From: Euryarchaeota archaeon UBA558
GTDB taxonomy: Archaea > Thermoplasmatota > Poseidoniia > Poseidoniales > Thalassarchaeaceae
Length of the DNA: 64,000 nucleotides
Direction: 5' to 3'
Assembly: GCA_002507175.1 (NCBI GenBank)
Contig: DAZE01000020.1
Location: 5,872-69,871 of the forward strand
The notes beneath the pieces are model-generated. The model had not been told where the DNA came from. It saw nothing but the letters and a program-made list of their open reading frames with translations, and ran no database searches. A program made the position numbers and the translations under genes. This document shows positions 29,701 to 38,985 of the stretch, one piece after another. The number at the start of each line of letters is the position of its first letter. Within the stretch, counting starts at the first letter, position 1.

Positions 29701-31949
29701 TCGATGTAGAGCAAGGGGGATCTGGGACCTTTTCAGTGATTATCAGAAACACTGGCAATGTTTACGACACATTCGCATTCCACGATCCGACGACATTGGA
29801 TGGCCAAATGGAATGGGGCCTGCAATTTGGATGGGGTATCGATTTCCCTACGGAGGTGTCTTTGGATCCCGGCCAGGCTGTGACAAAGAATCTGAGGGTC
29901 ACGATACCCACATCTCAAACCCCTGGAACCTACATCATATATCTCAAGGGCTGGTCCACAGGTGAACCAATATTCTCTATTGACCATGGTACATATGATG
30001 TACTTGGTTTGTGGATAAACGTCTCAGTAAAGACCTCTGGTAATATCGTATTCAAGATACCCGATGGTACAAACATGAACGTACTTCCTGGTGATTGCGC
30101 AGAGTTTGACATTGAAGTGACCAAGAACTACTCTCCAGGCTCGCTGATTTTTACAACTCCGGGGGGCCCACAGGATCGCCCATCTGACATATCTCAGAGC
30201 GTTTGGAGATATGACCACTGGACGGTCGATTTGGATTTCTCATCTGCGCCCGGAGGCAATGGGATCCCAGATTCGGCCCCACGATATTTTGCCATGGTTG
30301 GCAGTCCGTACATCGTGACAGCCAAAATGTGCGCTCCTTACAATGCCACCGCTGGATTTGGCGAGTCAGTTGTAGTAAGGGCCCATCTTGAAGGAACACC
30401 CGAGGTTAGAGATTCAGTCCTCCTCCTCACCGATGTAATGCAAGTTTATGAGCTGGAGGCAGTAGTTGATACAACGCTATTAGAATTATACCCAGGGCAA
30501 TCATTCCCACTCTCTACCGAGATCACGAACACAGGAAACGGTCCCGACAGATTCGACATCACTGTGGAATCCATAACTGGGCCGGAAGGATCCTACATCT
30601 GGGATATCGATATCCCTAGAGCGAACTTTGGAGAACTCCTTAGAGATCAATCCAAAGAATTCGATCTAATAATCAACGTACCTGAGAGAACGCTTGCTGG
30701 GACCTATAATGTCGTCCTCAATGTTCTCAGCGAAGAGGAATTCGAGGAAACCAAAATCAGGGATACAATTGACCTACAAGTTCAAATCGGTGAGTTTCAT
30801 GATTTGAGAATCACACTTGACCCATCAATGGAATCAAAGATCAAGACGAGCGCCCCAGGAAGAACCGTCAGATTCCTAATGAATCTGACTAACGCTGGGA
30901 ATGTACCAGACACCCCAATGTTGCACAACCACACCAAGTTAGAAAATGGAGGAGGTTGGGATGCCGTACCTGGTATGAACACCCTTTCGAAATGGGTGAT
31001 TTCATATGCATTGGTGGAGAATTTTGATACTGAATTCCCCCAGGAAATTCCCTGCCTTGCTGCTGATCCTAGCTTAGAGACCGACCAGGGTCAATGCTAC
31101 CTATCAACGACAAACACAGTCACGTTCCCAGAGATGGCAGCATTCACGACTATCCAGTTCGTCGCAATTATATCAATCAGTGATGAGGCATCGTTAAGCG
31201 ATCGTATGATTGGAATAAAAACGACATCATCTTATGGCTCCGCCGCAGATGGAGGTGACTTCGATGAAACTCCACAATGGGACGACTCGTGTGCACTCGA
31301 TGAGAACAAGGACGGCCTCCCTGACAACTTCCTTCCAAACTGTGATACTAATGAGCAGGTACTCCAACTGATGCTGAGGGCACCAGACCTCAAGATTCTA
31401 ACAGCAGAAGCCTCCAAGCCTAGGGCTGCTGTTGGAGAAATGATATCCGTGACCGTGAAATTGCAAAATGTTGGGAACATCCACGCAACTGACGTAAGCG
31501 TCATTTTGTGTTCAGATCAGACACCTTCACATATTCGAAAGAACGGTTGTGAGGAAGACAACATAGTATACAGACAGATGATCGAGGCCGTGATGCCGAT
31601 CTCCCAATCCAACAACCAAGAACTCTTGGAGATCTCCTTGCTCTACATAGTTGAGGCGGGGTCCCAAGACATCGTTGTCTATGTCGATCCTGACAATGAT
31701 ATCATTGAGTCGGAGGAGTCGAACAATTACTACAGCATGGAAGAGAAGATGGGATCCAACAATCGCTACCTCGACCCGCTTCTGCAAGCAGTTGCAACCT
31801 ACTCCGTGCCAGTGATCATCATAGGCGCTACCATTGCCTTAGGAGCAGTGGCGGCGGTTGTCATATGGGGTCGCAGGATCGAGGCTATGAGAGAGTATGC
31901 CGAGAAGAAGAGCATGATGACTTACACAGACGACGATATGGAGTTCTAG
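26784..31949 (+). CDS. Giant surface protein: signal peptide, 7 propeller-like repeats with a nested vWA domain, multiple CARDB/NEW3-like beta-sandwich modules, C-terminal TM anchor
   Basis: Signal/TM FLMTFLMLSSLIAVMAVPAPVQA. Repeats carry the HxxW(x)D core. MIDAS VVPIDTSGSMG at 27594..27608. Repeated N(T/A/V)GN..D..F modules (IRNTGNVYDTFAF, ITNTGNGPDRFDI, LTNAGNVPDT, LQNVGNIHATDV). C-terminal helix VPVIIIGATIALGAVAAVVIW. Confidence 0.85.
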   Translation: MNIQFPEGIAVDSKKKKNSFLMTFLMLSSLIAVMAVPAPVQASEIVLTDAINVVNSGPNSDNMVAVNADSEGNVHFVWSRNTQHLYYKMLGPAGETLISETQISNPGAHQAWHPDIAIDSEDRVHIVWADRSGQWTIWYQMLDPEMHEQDGTTAVDGLNGISIIDDYEIKTASQDRDWPAIAIDSLDNAHIVWQDNHDPLDLYYSQTQIYYEMIEIDVSSREAQTKIDATLLTPIIGMKGHPDITIDSEDFVQVVWDDTRGGKVEMVVPIDTSGSMGTEWADMCTVFYGGQFSSGGNFIGLKPMLEQANMTVFETLYGIGGVQQVAAATSGYCTTAYQTGGSGSQGPRANHLGQTPTDTSGGIRKLTGAVLGGSAISLSYDGGGQGSEAWGPSSTWSCLSWRDAQGRLGNLANPPTTEDHRWNPNATKIIIPISDENANDGSPEDATDRESVDEAHDACVLAGISPVPLWAGSDNSVGSQMRDLAECPNNQPGTPSVTRYCPGGTPRTSHAQGAVYAFPTGQSAATELQFMVEALIYLATNASREIFLTVLDPYALLDNPWVGFTPGQPATQCFPQCSATSGSRYYIEDVGPSLDLEGYGHLVVVNDTRVTLQDAYSLHPSIALDSQGNTHIAWMDGRPYGFDLEVNYEVFYTRLKLKGAGIWDGASDGLPSFGIKQIMDSAISNVEGLDWFDDNPDRGLYDATSYLPEILVDDFDNVHIAWLDNSNLSQGESIMYTRLNSTTDEYPNGFPTLNNLALAVLDQWEIFEVSSWKSGKLGPNSGRNPQLGTPPAFANDLGSGAHVAWSDSTKCGESNSAKETLCYVHVLTGLVDVALAPSETYYHVIEPGESTIYNLTIDNPTPGPSDLVADTFRLTVENVPMNWSATLYYASNHTPIFDSTPIYLKGNSDGQNLVPLYLRVRAPTIYQAEGDQLAEINVRAVSYKDPAIDDDRQLVVLMDVVHGIDLSTINKNIDVEQGGSGTFSVIIRNTGNVYDTFAFHDPTTLDGQMEWGLQFGWGIDFPTEVSLDPGQAVTKNLRVTIPTSQTPGTYIIYLKGWSTGEPIFSIDHGTYDVLGLWINVSVKTSGNIVFKIPDGTNMNVLPGDCAEFDIEVTKNYSPGSLIFTTPGGPQDRPSDISQSVWRYDHWTVDLDFSSAPGGNGIPDSAPRYFAMVGSPYIVTAKMCAPYNATAGFGESVVVRAHLEGTPEVRDSVLLLTDVMQVYELEAVVDTTLLELYPGQSFPLSTEITNTGNGPDRFDITVESITGPEGSYIWDIDIPRANFGELLRDQSKEFDLIINVPERTLAGTYNVVLNVLSEEEFEETKIRDTIDLQVQIGEFHDLRITLDPSMESKIKTSAPGRTVRFLMNLTNAGNVPDTPMLHNHTKLENGGGWDAVPGMNTLSKWVISYALVENFDTEFPQEIPCLAADPSLETDQGQCYLSTTNTVTFPEMAAFTTIQFVAIISISDEASLSDRMIGIKTTSSYGSAADGGDFDETPQWDDSCALDENKDGLPDNFLPNCDTNEQVLQLMLRAPDLKILTAEASKPRAAVGEMISVTVKLQNVGNIHATDVSVILCSDQTPSHIRKNGCEEDNIVYRQMIEAVMPISQSNNQELLEISLLYIVEAGSQDIVVYVDPDNDIIESEESNNYYSMEEKMGSNNRYLDPLLQAVATYSVPVIIIGATIALGAVAAVVIWGRRIEAMREYAEKKSMMTYTDDDMEF

Positions 31950-32692
31950 CGTACTAGCCACCAGGGTAGGGGAGACCCCTCACCTCCCGCGATCACATTC
32001 CCTTTGCCTTTGGCTAAGTCTCTGATCAATCTGTCACGCAGGCCCGCCATTATTTTCTCTGCATGTGAAGACTGAATTCTGATACTCTGCGAGAACAGGT
32101 CCAAATCAACCGGCCTCCTTGGCTGATCTAACATTGCGTGAGCCAACTGCCTCTCTTCATAATTGTCAGTTAACTCATCTATGCTCGGGGCCACCTTCAT
32201 CATGACTTGTTGGTGAAGCGCAACCAATGCGTCACGTTGCTCATCTATCTGCTCAAGCCTTGTCTGGAGTTCCGTCATGATTGACATGGCTTCAGTTAGG
32301 GGGATGGTCCTGCGTGTACCCATCTTGTCAATTACTTCCTCTAACCCATCGGGGAGTTTGGATGATAGGCGCATTGGTCCCCCAGATGGCATCATTCTGC
32401 CACTAGCCTTGAACAGACTTGGCCCTAAATCTAATCTCAAACAATATGATTCGGTCACCTTGTAGATCTTCCTTGGAGGCCCACCTTTCTCCGATGGGAC
32501 CTTCTCAATAGAAACAAAACCCGCAGCTTCCAGAATATCTAGGTGTTTGACGACAGCCTGTTGACTTATGTGCAATAGTTCTGAAATTTGTAGAGCGTAA
32601 TGAGGCTCTTTTGTCAATAACTCAAGTATATCTCTTCTCGATTTATTTTCTAGTATTGACAGGAATTCATCGAACCCGACCACACTAACCAA
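31946..32692 (-). CDS. ArsR-type winged-helix transcriptional regulator with a long C-terminal helical extension
   Basis: N-terminal RRDILELLTKEPHYALQISELLHISQQAVVKHLDILEAAGFV. 248 aa. Confidence 0.75.
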   Translation of the reverse strand: MVSVVGFDEFLSILENKSRRDILELLTKEPHYALQISELLHISQQAVVKHLDILEAAGFVSIEKVPSEKGGPPRKIYKVTESYCLRLDLGPSLFKASGRMMPSGGPMRLSSKLPDGLEEVIDKMGTRRTIPLTEAMSIMTELQTRLEQIDEQRDALVALHQQVMMKVAPSIDELTDNYEERQLAHAMLDQPRRPVDLDLFSQSIRIQSSHAEKIMAGLRDRLIRDLAKGKGNVIAGGEGSPLPWWLVR

Positions 32693-32737
32693 CTGATGGT
32701 TGGGTAGTGGACCCTCGGATAAACCATGCGAAGGATG

Positions 32738-33520
32738 TTAACCCTCATCCCAGCCTTTCCAATCATCATCCTGATCTGAATTCTTTTGATCTGTTGGGCT
32801 GGTGATCTCAAATGATGGGGGAACATTCAGCATTGGATCAAGTTGATTATCTTCGATCCATGGATCTGGAGCAGTGTGCTGAACACCACTCTTTTTCTCT
32901 ATTTGGTTTAGCGAGTTATACAGCTCCTCTGTGGTGGGAACTCCTCCTGGTCCGAATACCAGAATCTTTGGTTTGGATTCTGCTCGTTCAGTTCCCCTGA
33001 TCACACCGATCATTCCAATCAGCGCGAATACTGGCCCCAAGCAACAGAAAGCGGCCATGAACTGTACGGATGGTTGATCCCAAAGACCCTCGCCCATCAT
33101 AACCATATCCACTAGGTAAAGGGTGGGCTGACCGTTGTTTTCGATGAGCAGATCACCCTCGAATCCTGGACCTATTTTCACTGAGGGAGAGTAGAACCTA
33201 GTACCATCTTCGCTGATCAAAGTGGTATCGAGGAAGTTGGGTTCCGTGCCGGAGTAACCCTCTCCTTCTGTTGACATGGCAAAGTCGACATCCGTCAAAT
33301 TGTCTTGAGGAACATATACCCAAACTTGGTCTGTTTTTTCGAAAGAACCCACAAAAGCTTCCCCACTCTTGATAATAGCAAGATTGTTCTGCTCAGGATC
33401 TAGGTCCTCATAACTTTCAAAATTATAGTACGCGGAAATAAAACCTACGACACAAAGAAGACACGCGACCAAAGCAAATGTCGCATATCTCTTGCGTGCC
33501 ATGACACCAAGAACCGACAC
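32738..33520 (-). CDS. Hypothetical membrane protein (2 TM helices, extracytoplasmic domain, acidic C-tail)
   Basis: TM helices FALVACLLCVVGFISAYY and FMAAFCCLGPVFALIGMIGVI. Located downstream of top6A on the same strand. Confidence 0.6.
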   Translation of the reverse strand: MSVLGVMARKRYATFALVACLLCVVGFISAYYNFESYEDLDPEQNNLAIIKSGEAFVGSFEKTDQVWVYVPQDNLTDVDFAMSTEGEGYSGTEPNFLDTTLISEDGTRFYSPSVKIGPGFEGDLLIENNGQPTLYLVDMVMMGEGLWDQPSVQFMAAFCCLGPVFALIGMIGVIRGTERAESKPKILVFGPGGVPTTEELYNSLNQIEKKSGVQHTAPDPWIEDNQLDPMLNVPPSFEITSPTDQKNSDQDDDWKGWDEG

Positions 33521-33533
33521 TATGTTTTGGAGT

Positions 33534-34652
33534 TTAGCCGATTTGGATACCTAATTTCTGACGGAGCTTCTCTGGAAGATACGTATCGGTAACAAAATCA
33601 AGCCCATATTTCGCCAAAGACTGCTGCTCCGCTTTTTCTCCCAATTCTAACATCAAATCAATTTGGTCAGCCCACTCCTGATTTTGGAATCGAGGATCAC
33701 TCTTTTCCGCCTTTAGAGCCTCAATGTCCCTGGACGTTAACTCATCAGAAGGCAAATCATACGCTTTAATGTCATCAGAATCAATCCCAAGGTAAATTGC
33801 ACTTGGAGTAGCCAAGTACTCCGATATATGTGCAGTCTTAATCGCCCCGTAAGCTATGGATGCGAATATTCTGAATGACCATGGATCACAGTCCGTGAAA
33901 ACGACGATCGGCAACCCCCATTCTTCATTTATCCTTTTCATTATCCTGCGAGTTGAGCGAGCAGGCTGACCCTTTAGATGAATAAGTCCACATCTCGCAG
34001 ATTCATCAAACCCATTCTCAACTAGTCTGTCGAACATCCCACCCGTTTCAATAGCCATCATGAAATCAATATCATGGCTAATTAATCGCAATTTTTCTGA
34101 CTCAACATTATACGGGACGCCATATCCAGAATCGCCGACATCATCTCTGCAGTTTATTCTCATCCATTCACCACGCCTGTTTTTTTCCTCAAACGTGAGG
34201 TTGCCAATAATCCTAGCACCGTCCTCCTCCGGCCTCAGTTTGAAGTCCTCGCGTAAACAACCAGTTACAATTTCTAGGTCTTCTGCGAGATTGTTACTTT
34301 CGTTCTGGGATCCGAACTTCCCATATCCCCAGCCCTCAGAAATATAGTACATCTCCCTCAACGTCGATGATTTTTGACCCTCAATCATTTCTTCCATAAA
34401 TTCTGTGACGAACAGGGCTCTGAGTAACTGATGCGCAGATCCAAGACTGGTAGCATCCCTAATCGTTTTCTTTTTTCCGTACTTGTACACATTCAACCTC
34501 TCATCGAAATTTATGTTCTTCTTTGATCTTACAGGGAGCGTCATTCTCGGAGGCTCACCCCTCATCATTCTATCATGCATTTCCGCTGCTACGGCGTGCA
34601 ATGCTTCTATTGTGTCTTCTTTACTGCGGATTCTTTCCTTCATGATCATCAC
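33534..34652 (-). CDS. top6A: DNA topoisomerase VI subunit A (Spo11 family)
   Basis: Toprim motifs [12 protein letters not shown] and [12 protein letters not shown]. The winged-helix region contains the REMYY catalytic Tyr context. Confidence 0.95.
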   Translation of the reverse strand: MMIMKERIRSKEDTIEALHAVAAEMHDRMMRGEPPRMTLPVRSKKNINFDERLNVYKYGKKKTIRDATSLGSAHQLLRALFVTEFMEEMIEGQKSSTLREMYYISEGWGYGKFGSQNESNNLAEDLEIVTGCLREDFKLRPEEDGARIIGNLTFEEKNRRGEWMRINCRDDVGDSGYGVPYNVESEKLRLISHDIDFMMAIETGGMFDRLVENGFDESARCGLIHLKGQPARSTRRIMKRINEEWGLPIVVFTDCDPWSFRIFASIAYGAIKTAHISEYLATPSAIYLGIDSDDIKAYDLPSDELTSRDIEALKAEKSDPRFQNQEWADQIDLMLELGEKAEQQSLAKYGLDFVTDTYLPEKLRQKLGIQIG

Positions 34653-34653
34653 C

Positions 34654-36867
34654 TCAAAACAATTTGTCTCCAGCTTCCCATACTTCTGAACTCACAATAT
34701 TCGAGTCCAAAGAGAATGTATCTTTTTCGTGAGATGACGTGGAGGCACCGGGTACGACAAATTCTTCGACTACCTCTTGCAGGCGCTCCTGCTTCCTAGC
34801 TTCCTCAAGCAGAGTCTCGTCTATCTTCTCAGACCCGATCATCTCCCCATTCCCTCTGTAGAAGACTTCTGCCTCCTTCCAATCGCCTTTATTCAATCCA
34901 CTCACTGTGAAATCAATCGATGCCATGCTCCCTGGATCAATTGCATCTAACCTCCATGCCCACAAGCCTCGTGCTTCTTTTCTTCCTCCTTTTTCATTCT
35001 TCACTATGGAGGTTGAATCACTCTCAGGCCACTTGGCGATAATCGTGTAAGCCCTGGCTCTTGCTGTGTAGTTGTATATCCTAATGGAGCATTTCGCAAG
35101 CTTCTCCTTTGGCTCCCAAATTACCTGCTCCTCGCAAAATACTGCATTCATAATCTTCGTGATTATGGGAGATAGATCAGGAGCTTCTCTTCCCAGCATT
35201 GAGGATGATTTTGAGGCTATTTCTGGTAGAATTTTGTTAATTAGGTCAAATTTCTCCCGTGATTTCTCTCTTTGTCCAACTCGTTTCCGGTGACTTTGCA
35301 AACCTCTACCCACCTCGAAGAGCGCCCTTCGCAGCTCGTCATGGACCTCCTCGTTGTCTGATACCGCCTCTTTAGCTTCACTTGTGAATTGAACATTTGT
35401 TGAGGCAAGATGAACTAGAATTGCCGCTGGTCCTTTGGGGACGCCTTTCCCCCCCGGCTGTTCAAGGCCATATCTACGCCAGTCTATTGACTCTATAGCC
35501 TTCGTCAAGAGGCAACCCCCTTGCTGGTACATCAAAGGTACGCGATTGGCAAAACGGAGGAGTTCCACAGCTCCATCTGACGGCAGGTCACCACCGAAGA
35601 CCAATCCAACTTCTACTTGGAAGGGATTCCCTTGGCTAACTGATGGATTCCGAGTTACCGTGGCAGCGTATCGTGAATCAATAGCCTTCTCTAGCCCCTT
35701 CTTTATCAACAAGTCTTCTATTGGCGATAGGCAATCAACCGGAGGTGATTGAATCTTCACCTCCATGAAGGCGGCGAGTAGACTCTGTATACCCTCTACA
35801 GAAAGCCCGGCAGGCCGTCTTTTTTCGTCTAACTCAGCATGCTCAAGAATTTTTTTTGCGACTAGTGGGGACACTTTCTCGAACTCTTTTCTCAAAAAGG
35901 ACTTCACTGTCCGCTCTTTCGTATTCTTCAACATTCTTTGCAATGTTCCAAACTGCATGCCATGCGGGTGTGGTTTTATTTCGACTACAGTCCTAGGTAA
36001 CTTACTTGTTGATCTTACCCACTCTCCCTCATCTACTATTTCACCCTCTTTCCCAATCACCTTCAGTCGTATAGTAGCGTGAGGATTCACGATAGATGTC
36101 ATCCTGAGATACTGGTGTACGGATTGGCGTCCGCGTTGGTACTTCGCGCTCATTACGGTTTTTATCCGCAATCCATGAAGCGTTTGCATTCCACTTTCCT
36201 CAAACCATTCTTCCATTGGAATCCGCTCTTCGTTGGATTTCAATGCTCGATTATTTTTCGTGTCCAGAGCTAGATCGACCTTGACTGCTGTAGATTCAGC
36301 CTCAATTTTTGATAATACTGTAGTCGAAGATCCTGTCGTGAGTTGAGAATACATTACCACGCCAGTTATGCCTATTCCTTGCTGCCCTCTCGTTTGCCTG
36401 ATGGCATGAAAGCGGGAACCTAAAAGGAATTTTCCAAATACATTCGCGATTGAATCCCTAGGTATCCCTGGGCCGTTATCCTGAATTATGAGTTCTAATT
36501 TCCCCCCCTCAATGCGTTTGATATATACGTGAATATCTGGAAGAATTCGACTTTCCTCGCACGCATCTAGAGAGTTATCTACAGCTTCCTTGACCGCCGT
36601 GATAATCGCCCTCTGATGTGTATCAAAACCAAGGAAGTGCTTGTTTTTCTCGAAGAACTCACTTATTGAAATCTGCTTTTGTTTGTTCGCAATTCTTTGA
36701 GCCTTATCCATTCCAATCACCATTCCACTAGGTCCTCCCAATGTCCCGATGACATGGGGCCTGCTGTCGGTATGGAGTTGATCACCAAAGATAGCACTTA
36801 GAGCATGCCCTCTAAATTTTTGATTCAGTATCGAATTGACAGGCTCAAAGCGGATCGGGGAGTTCAA
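34654..36867 (-). CDS. top6B: DNA topoisomerase VI subunit B (GHKL ATPase), long form
   Basis: Bergerat fold motifs EAVDNSLDAC, IQDNGPGIP and RGQQGIGITG, plus a transducer domain. About 190 extra C-terminal residues. Confidence 0.95.
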   Translation of the reverse strand: MNSPIRFEPVNSILNQKFRGHALSAIFGDQLHTDSRPHVIGTLGGPSGMVIGMDKAQRIANKQKQISISEFFEKNKHFLGFDTHQRAIITAVKEAVDNSLDACEESRILPDIHVYIKRIEGGKLELIIQDNGPGIPRDSIANVFGKFLLGSRFHAIRQTRGQQGIGITGVVMYSQLTTGSSTTVLSKIEAESTAVKVDLALDTKNNRALKSNEERIPMEEWFEESGMQTLHGLRIKTVMSAKYQRGRQSVHQYLRMTSIVNPHATIRLKVIGKEGEIVDEGEWVRSTSKLPRTVVEIKPHPHGMQFGTLQRMLKNTKERTVKSFLRKEFEKVSPLVAKKILEHAELDEKRRPAGLSVEGIQSLLAAFMEVKIQSPPVDCLSPIEDLLIKKGLEKAIDSRYAATVTRNPSVSQGNPFQVEVGLVFGGDLPSDGAVELLRFANRVPLMYQQGGCLLTKAIESIDWRRYGLEQPGGKGVPKGPAAILVHLASTNVQFTSEAKEAVSDNEEVHDELRRALFEVGRGLQSHRKRVGQREKSREKFDLINKILPEIASKSSSMLGREAPDLSPIITKIMNAVFCEEQVIWEPKEKLAKCSIRIYNYTARARAYTIIAKWPESDSTSIVKNEKGGRKEARGLWAWRLDAIDPGSMASIDFTVSGLNKGDWKEAEVFYRGNGEMIGSEKIDETLLEEARKQERLQEVVEEFVVPGASTSSHEKDTFSLDSNIVSSEVWEAGDKLF

Positions 36868-38864
36868 TCAAAAAGATCAGGCCGCCATGCCGAAATCTTT
36901 CCGGTAAATGCACTGGCCATCACTGTCAACGGGCTAGCCAAATATAGCCTTCCCGGGCCAGACCGGCCCTGAAAATTTCTGTTTATGGCGGATACCGTGA
37001 CTTCTTCGGAGTCACTCGAAATTCCGGGGCCTGCTCCTATGCATGCCCCACAACCGGGATCGATCAATTTCACTCCCGCCCTCTCAAACATTTCAGACCA
37101 ACCGTTTCTCTCCGACAACTGCTTCACAGCCTTTGATCCAAATTGTATGTAGCAATCCACTCCGTCTGAGATCGTAATTCCAGCGTTCAATGCAGCCTCT
37201 GTGACCCTGGCATAATAAGCAAAGTCATCGTCTTTTCCAGCCGTACAAGAACCCGCATATGCGATGTCTATGGGTACTTCTCCTAAGTCTTCGATATAGG
37301 CACCATTCGTTGGGTCAGATGGAATCCCTTCATCTGGGTTCCCCGGGTGAGCAACCATTGGTCTAATGTCGTTTAGGTGGATTTGATGGACGCCCCCATG
37401 ATAATGTGCGTCTGGGTCTGGTAAAACGAAGGAAGATCTAATCTCATCTTCAATAAGTCCTTCCCTTCGCCCCATTATCCACTCAACTGTGGCTTCATCA
37501 GGTTCACAGATACCAGTTTTTGCACTGCATTCTGTAGCCATATTGCACAATGTCGCTCTCTCGTCCATGGATAGGGATTTCAACCCCTCCCCCCCGAATT
37601 CCATCGACCGATCTAGTGTATCGGAGTTCTTAGCATAGTTCCAGAGAATATGTAAGATCACATCTTTAGCTGTGCAGCCTGGATCTAATTCTCCCGTCAA
37701 TTCAAATCGTATGCTTTCGGGGACTTTGACGAATGCAAATTGATTGTGAACAAGGTTGGCATACTCAGTCGAGCCGACTCCATATGTGAGGGCATTGGAG
37801 GCCCCACCCATACAAGTGTGGCTATCTGTCGCTTGGATGAAATCTCCGATATCAATAAATTCCTCTCTAGCTACTTGATGGCAAATACCAGGGCTTATGC
37901 CATTATCAGCAGAATAATCCCTCACGCCCGTATGCTCTTGGAATTTTTTCTGTAAGCCCCTAAGAGTTTCTATCTTTGATACAAAGGGACCATACCTTGG
38001 AATGTCAGTAGCGTAGAGGAGATGATCTTCGAACACTGCAAATTTTGAGGGGTTGGGTATTTGGTAATCACTTCCATATTCTGCAGACAGGAAAGAATGA
38101 ACCTGAGCAGTTGTGTATTCATGGGAGTAGCCCCCATCTACCGAAGCTAGGACAGCATCACCCGGGGAAACATAGCAGTCTTTTTCTCCCTTGCCAATCA
38201 ATTTCCTCGCGACGATTTTTTCGACCATCGTCATCGGCTTCGGCTTTTGTGAAACAGCTGGCAGATCGATCAACCCCTCTCGCATCTTTTTAGCAAAGGG
38301 GAGGATCCCTCCATTTTCCAAAATTAACCTCGTCACAGGATCATATTTTTTTGTGAATTCTGATAGAGGTATGTCCTCCCCTGCTTGCAGTCTTGAAAGA
38401 AGGGCATGGTCTCCCATGACCTGACCGAGATTTATGTTGTTCCTTTCGTGTATAGGAGCGAATGATGCGGCAATAACAATACGTATACCAGACCACCTTT
38501 CACATTGCGCCGCAGTTTCCCTACTACTACCCGTCCCCTTTCTATGTCCACTCACTATGACCTCAAAACCGCCACTCTTCAGGGCCCCAGGCCTGAAGAT
38601 CCTCTCTCCCTCATGCAATAAGCCCGCATAGGCATTTTCTGCTATCTCTGACGGCTCATGGTCGAAACACACCCATGCAGGTGTCATGACATCAGTGTTG
38701 ATGTCGTCCAGTAAATCATCAACACTCATGTCGCTCATCGATAGATTTAGTCCGTCATAGAGTTGTGCTCGAATGAGGGACAGATCCTTTGTGAGGAACA
38801 AGATCCTAGCTTCTGAGGACAGTGAAATCATCTTCGGTGGCCATTCATCCATGCGTCTCCCCAT
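36864..38864 (-). CDS. Aconitase-family Fe-S hydro-lyase with an N-terminal swivel domain (permuted domain order)
   Basis: The swivel-type motif GHRKGTGSSRE lies near the N-terminus. It is followed by catalytic motifs ATDSHTCMGG, YAGSCTAG, PGCGACIG and AINRNFQGRSG. The stop overlaps the top6B start by 4 nt. Confidence 0.85.
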   Translation of the reverse strand: MGRRMDEWPPKMISLSSEARILFLTKDLSLIRAQLYDGLNLSMSDMSVDDLLDDINTDVMTPAWVCFDHEPSEIAENAYAGLLHEGERIFRPGALKSGGFEVIVSGHRKGTGSSRETAAQCERWSGIRIVIAASFAPIHERNNINLGQVMGDHALLSRLQAGEDIPLSEFTKKYDPVTRLILENGGILPFAKKMREGLIDLPAVSQKPKPMTMVEKIVARKLIGKGEKDCYVSPGDAVLASVDGGYSHEYTTAQVHSFLSAEYGSDYQIPNPSKFAVFEDHLLYATDIPRYGPFVSKIETLRGLQKKFQEHTGVRDYSADNGISPGICHQVAREEFIDIGDFIQATDSHTCMGGASNALTYGVGSTEYANLVHNQFAFVKVPESIRFELTGELDPGCTAKDVILHILWNYAKNSDTLDRSMEFGGEGLKSLSMDERATLCNMATECSAKTGICEPDEATVEWIMGRREGLIEDEIRSSFVLPDPDAHYHGGVHQIHLNDIRPMVAHPGNPDEGIPSDPTNGAYIEDLGEVPIDIAYAGSCTAGKDDDFAYYARVTEAALNAGITISDGVDCYIQFGSKAVKQLSERNGWSEMFERAGVKLIDPGCGACIGAGPGISSDSEEVTVSAINRNFQGRSGPGRLYLASPLTVMASAFTGKISAWRPDLFD

Positions 38865-38937
38865 GAGTCGACTGAGGAAGGAGGGTTATGATGCCAACGG
38901 GGAATTAATAAAAAAAAATAATATTAAGTGAGTCACC

Positions 38938-38945
38938 TTTATAAG
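38938..38945 (+). promoter_or_regulatory. Candidate archaeal TATA box for tfb
   Basis: TTTATAAG sits in an AT-rich divergent spacer about 45 nt upstream of ATG 38986. GGTGG lies just upstream of the start. Confidence 0.4.
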
Positions 38946-38985
38946 AGTTGGAAAAACAAGAATATAATGCTTCCCTTTGGTGGTT

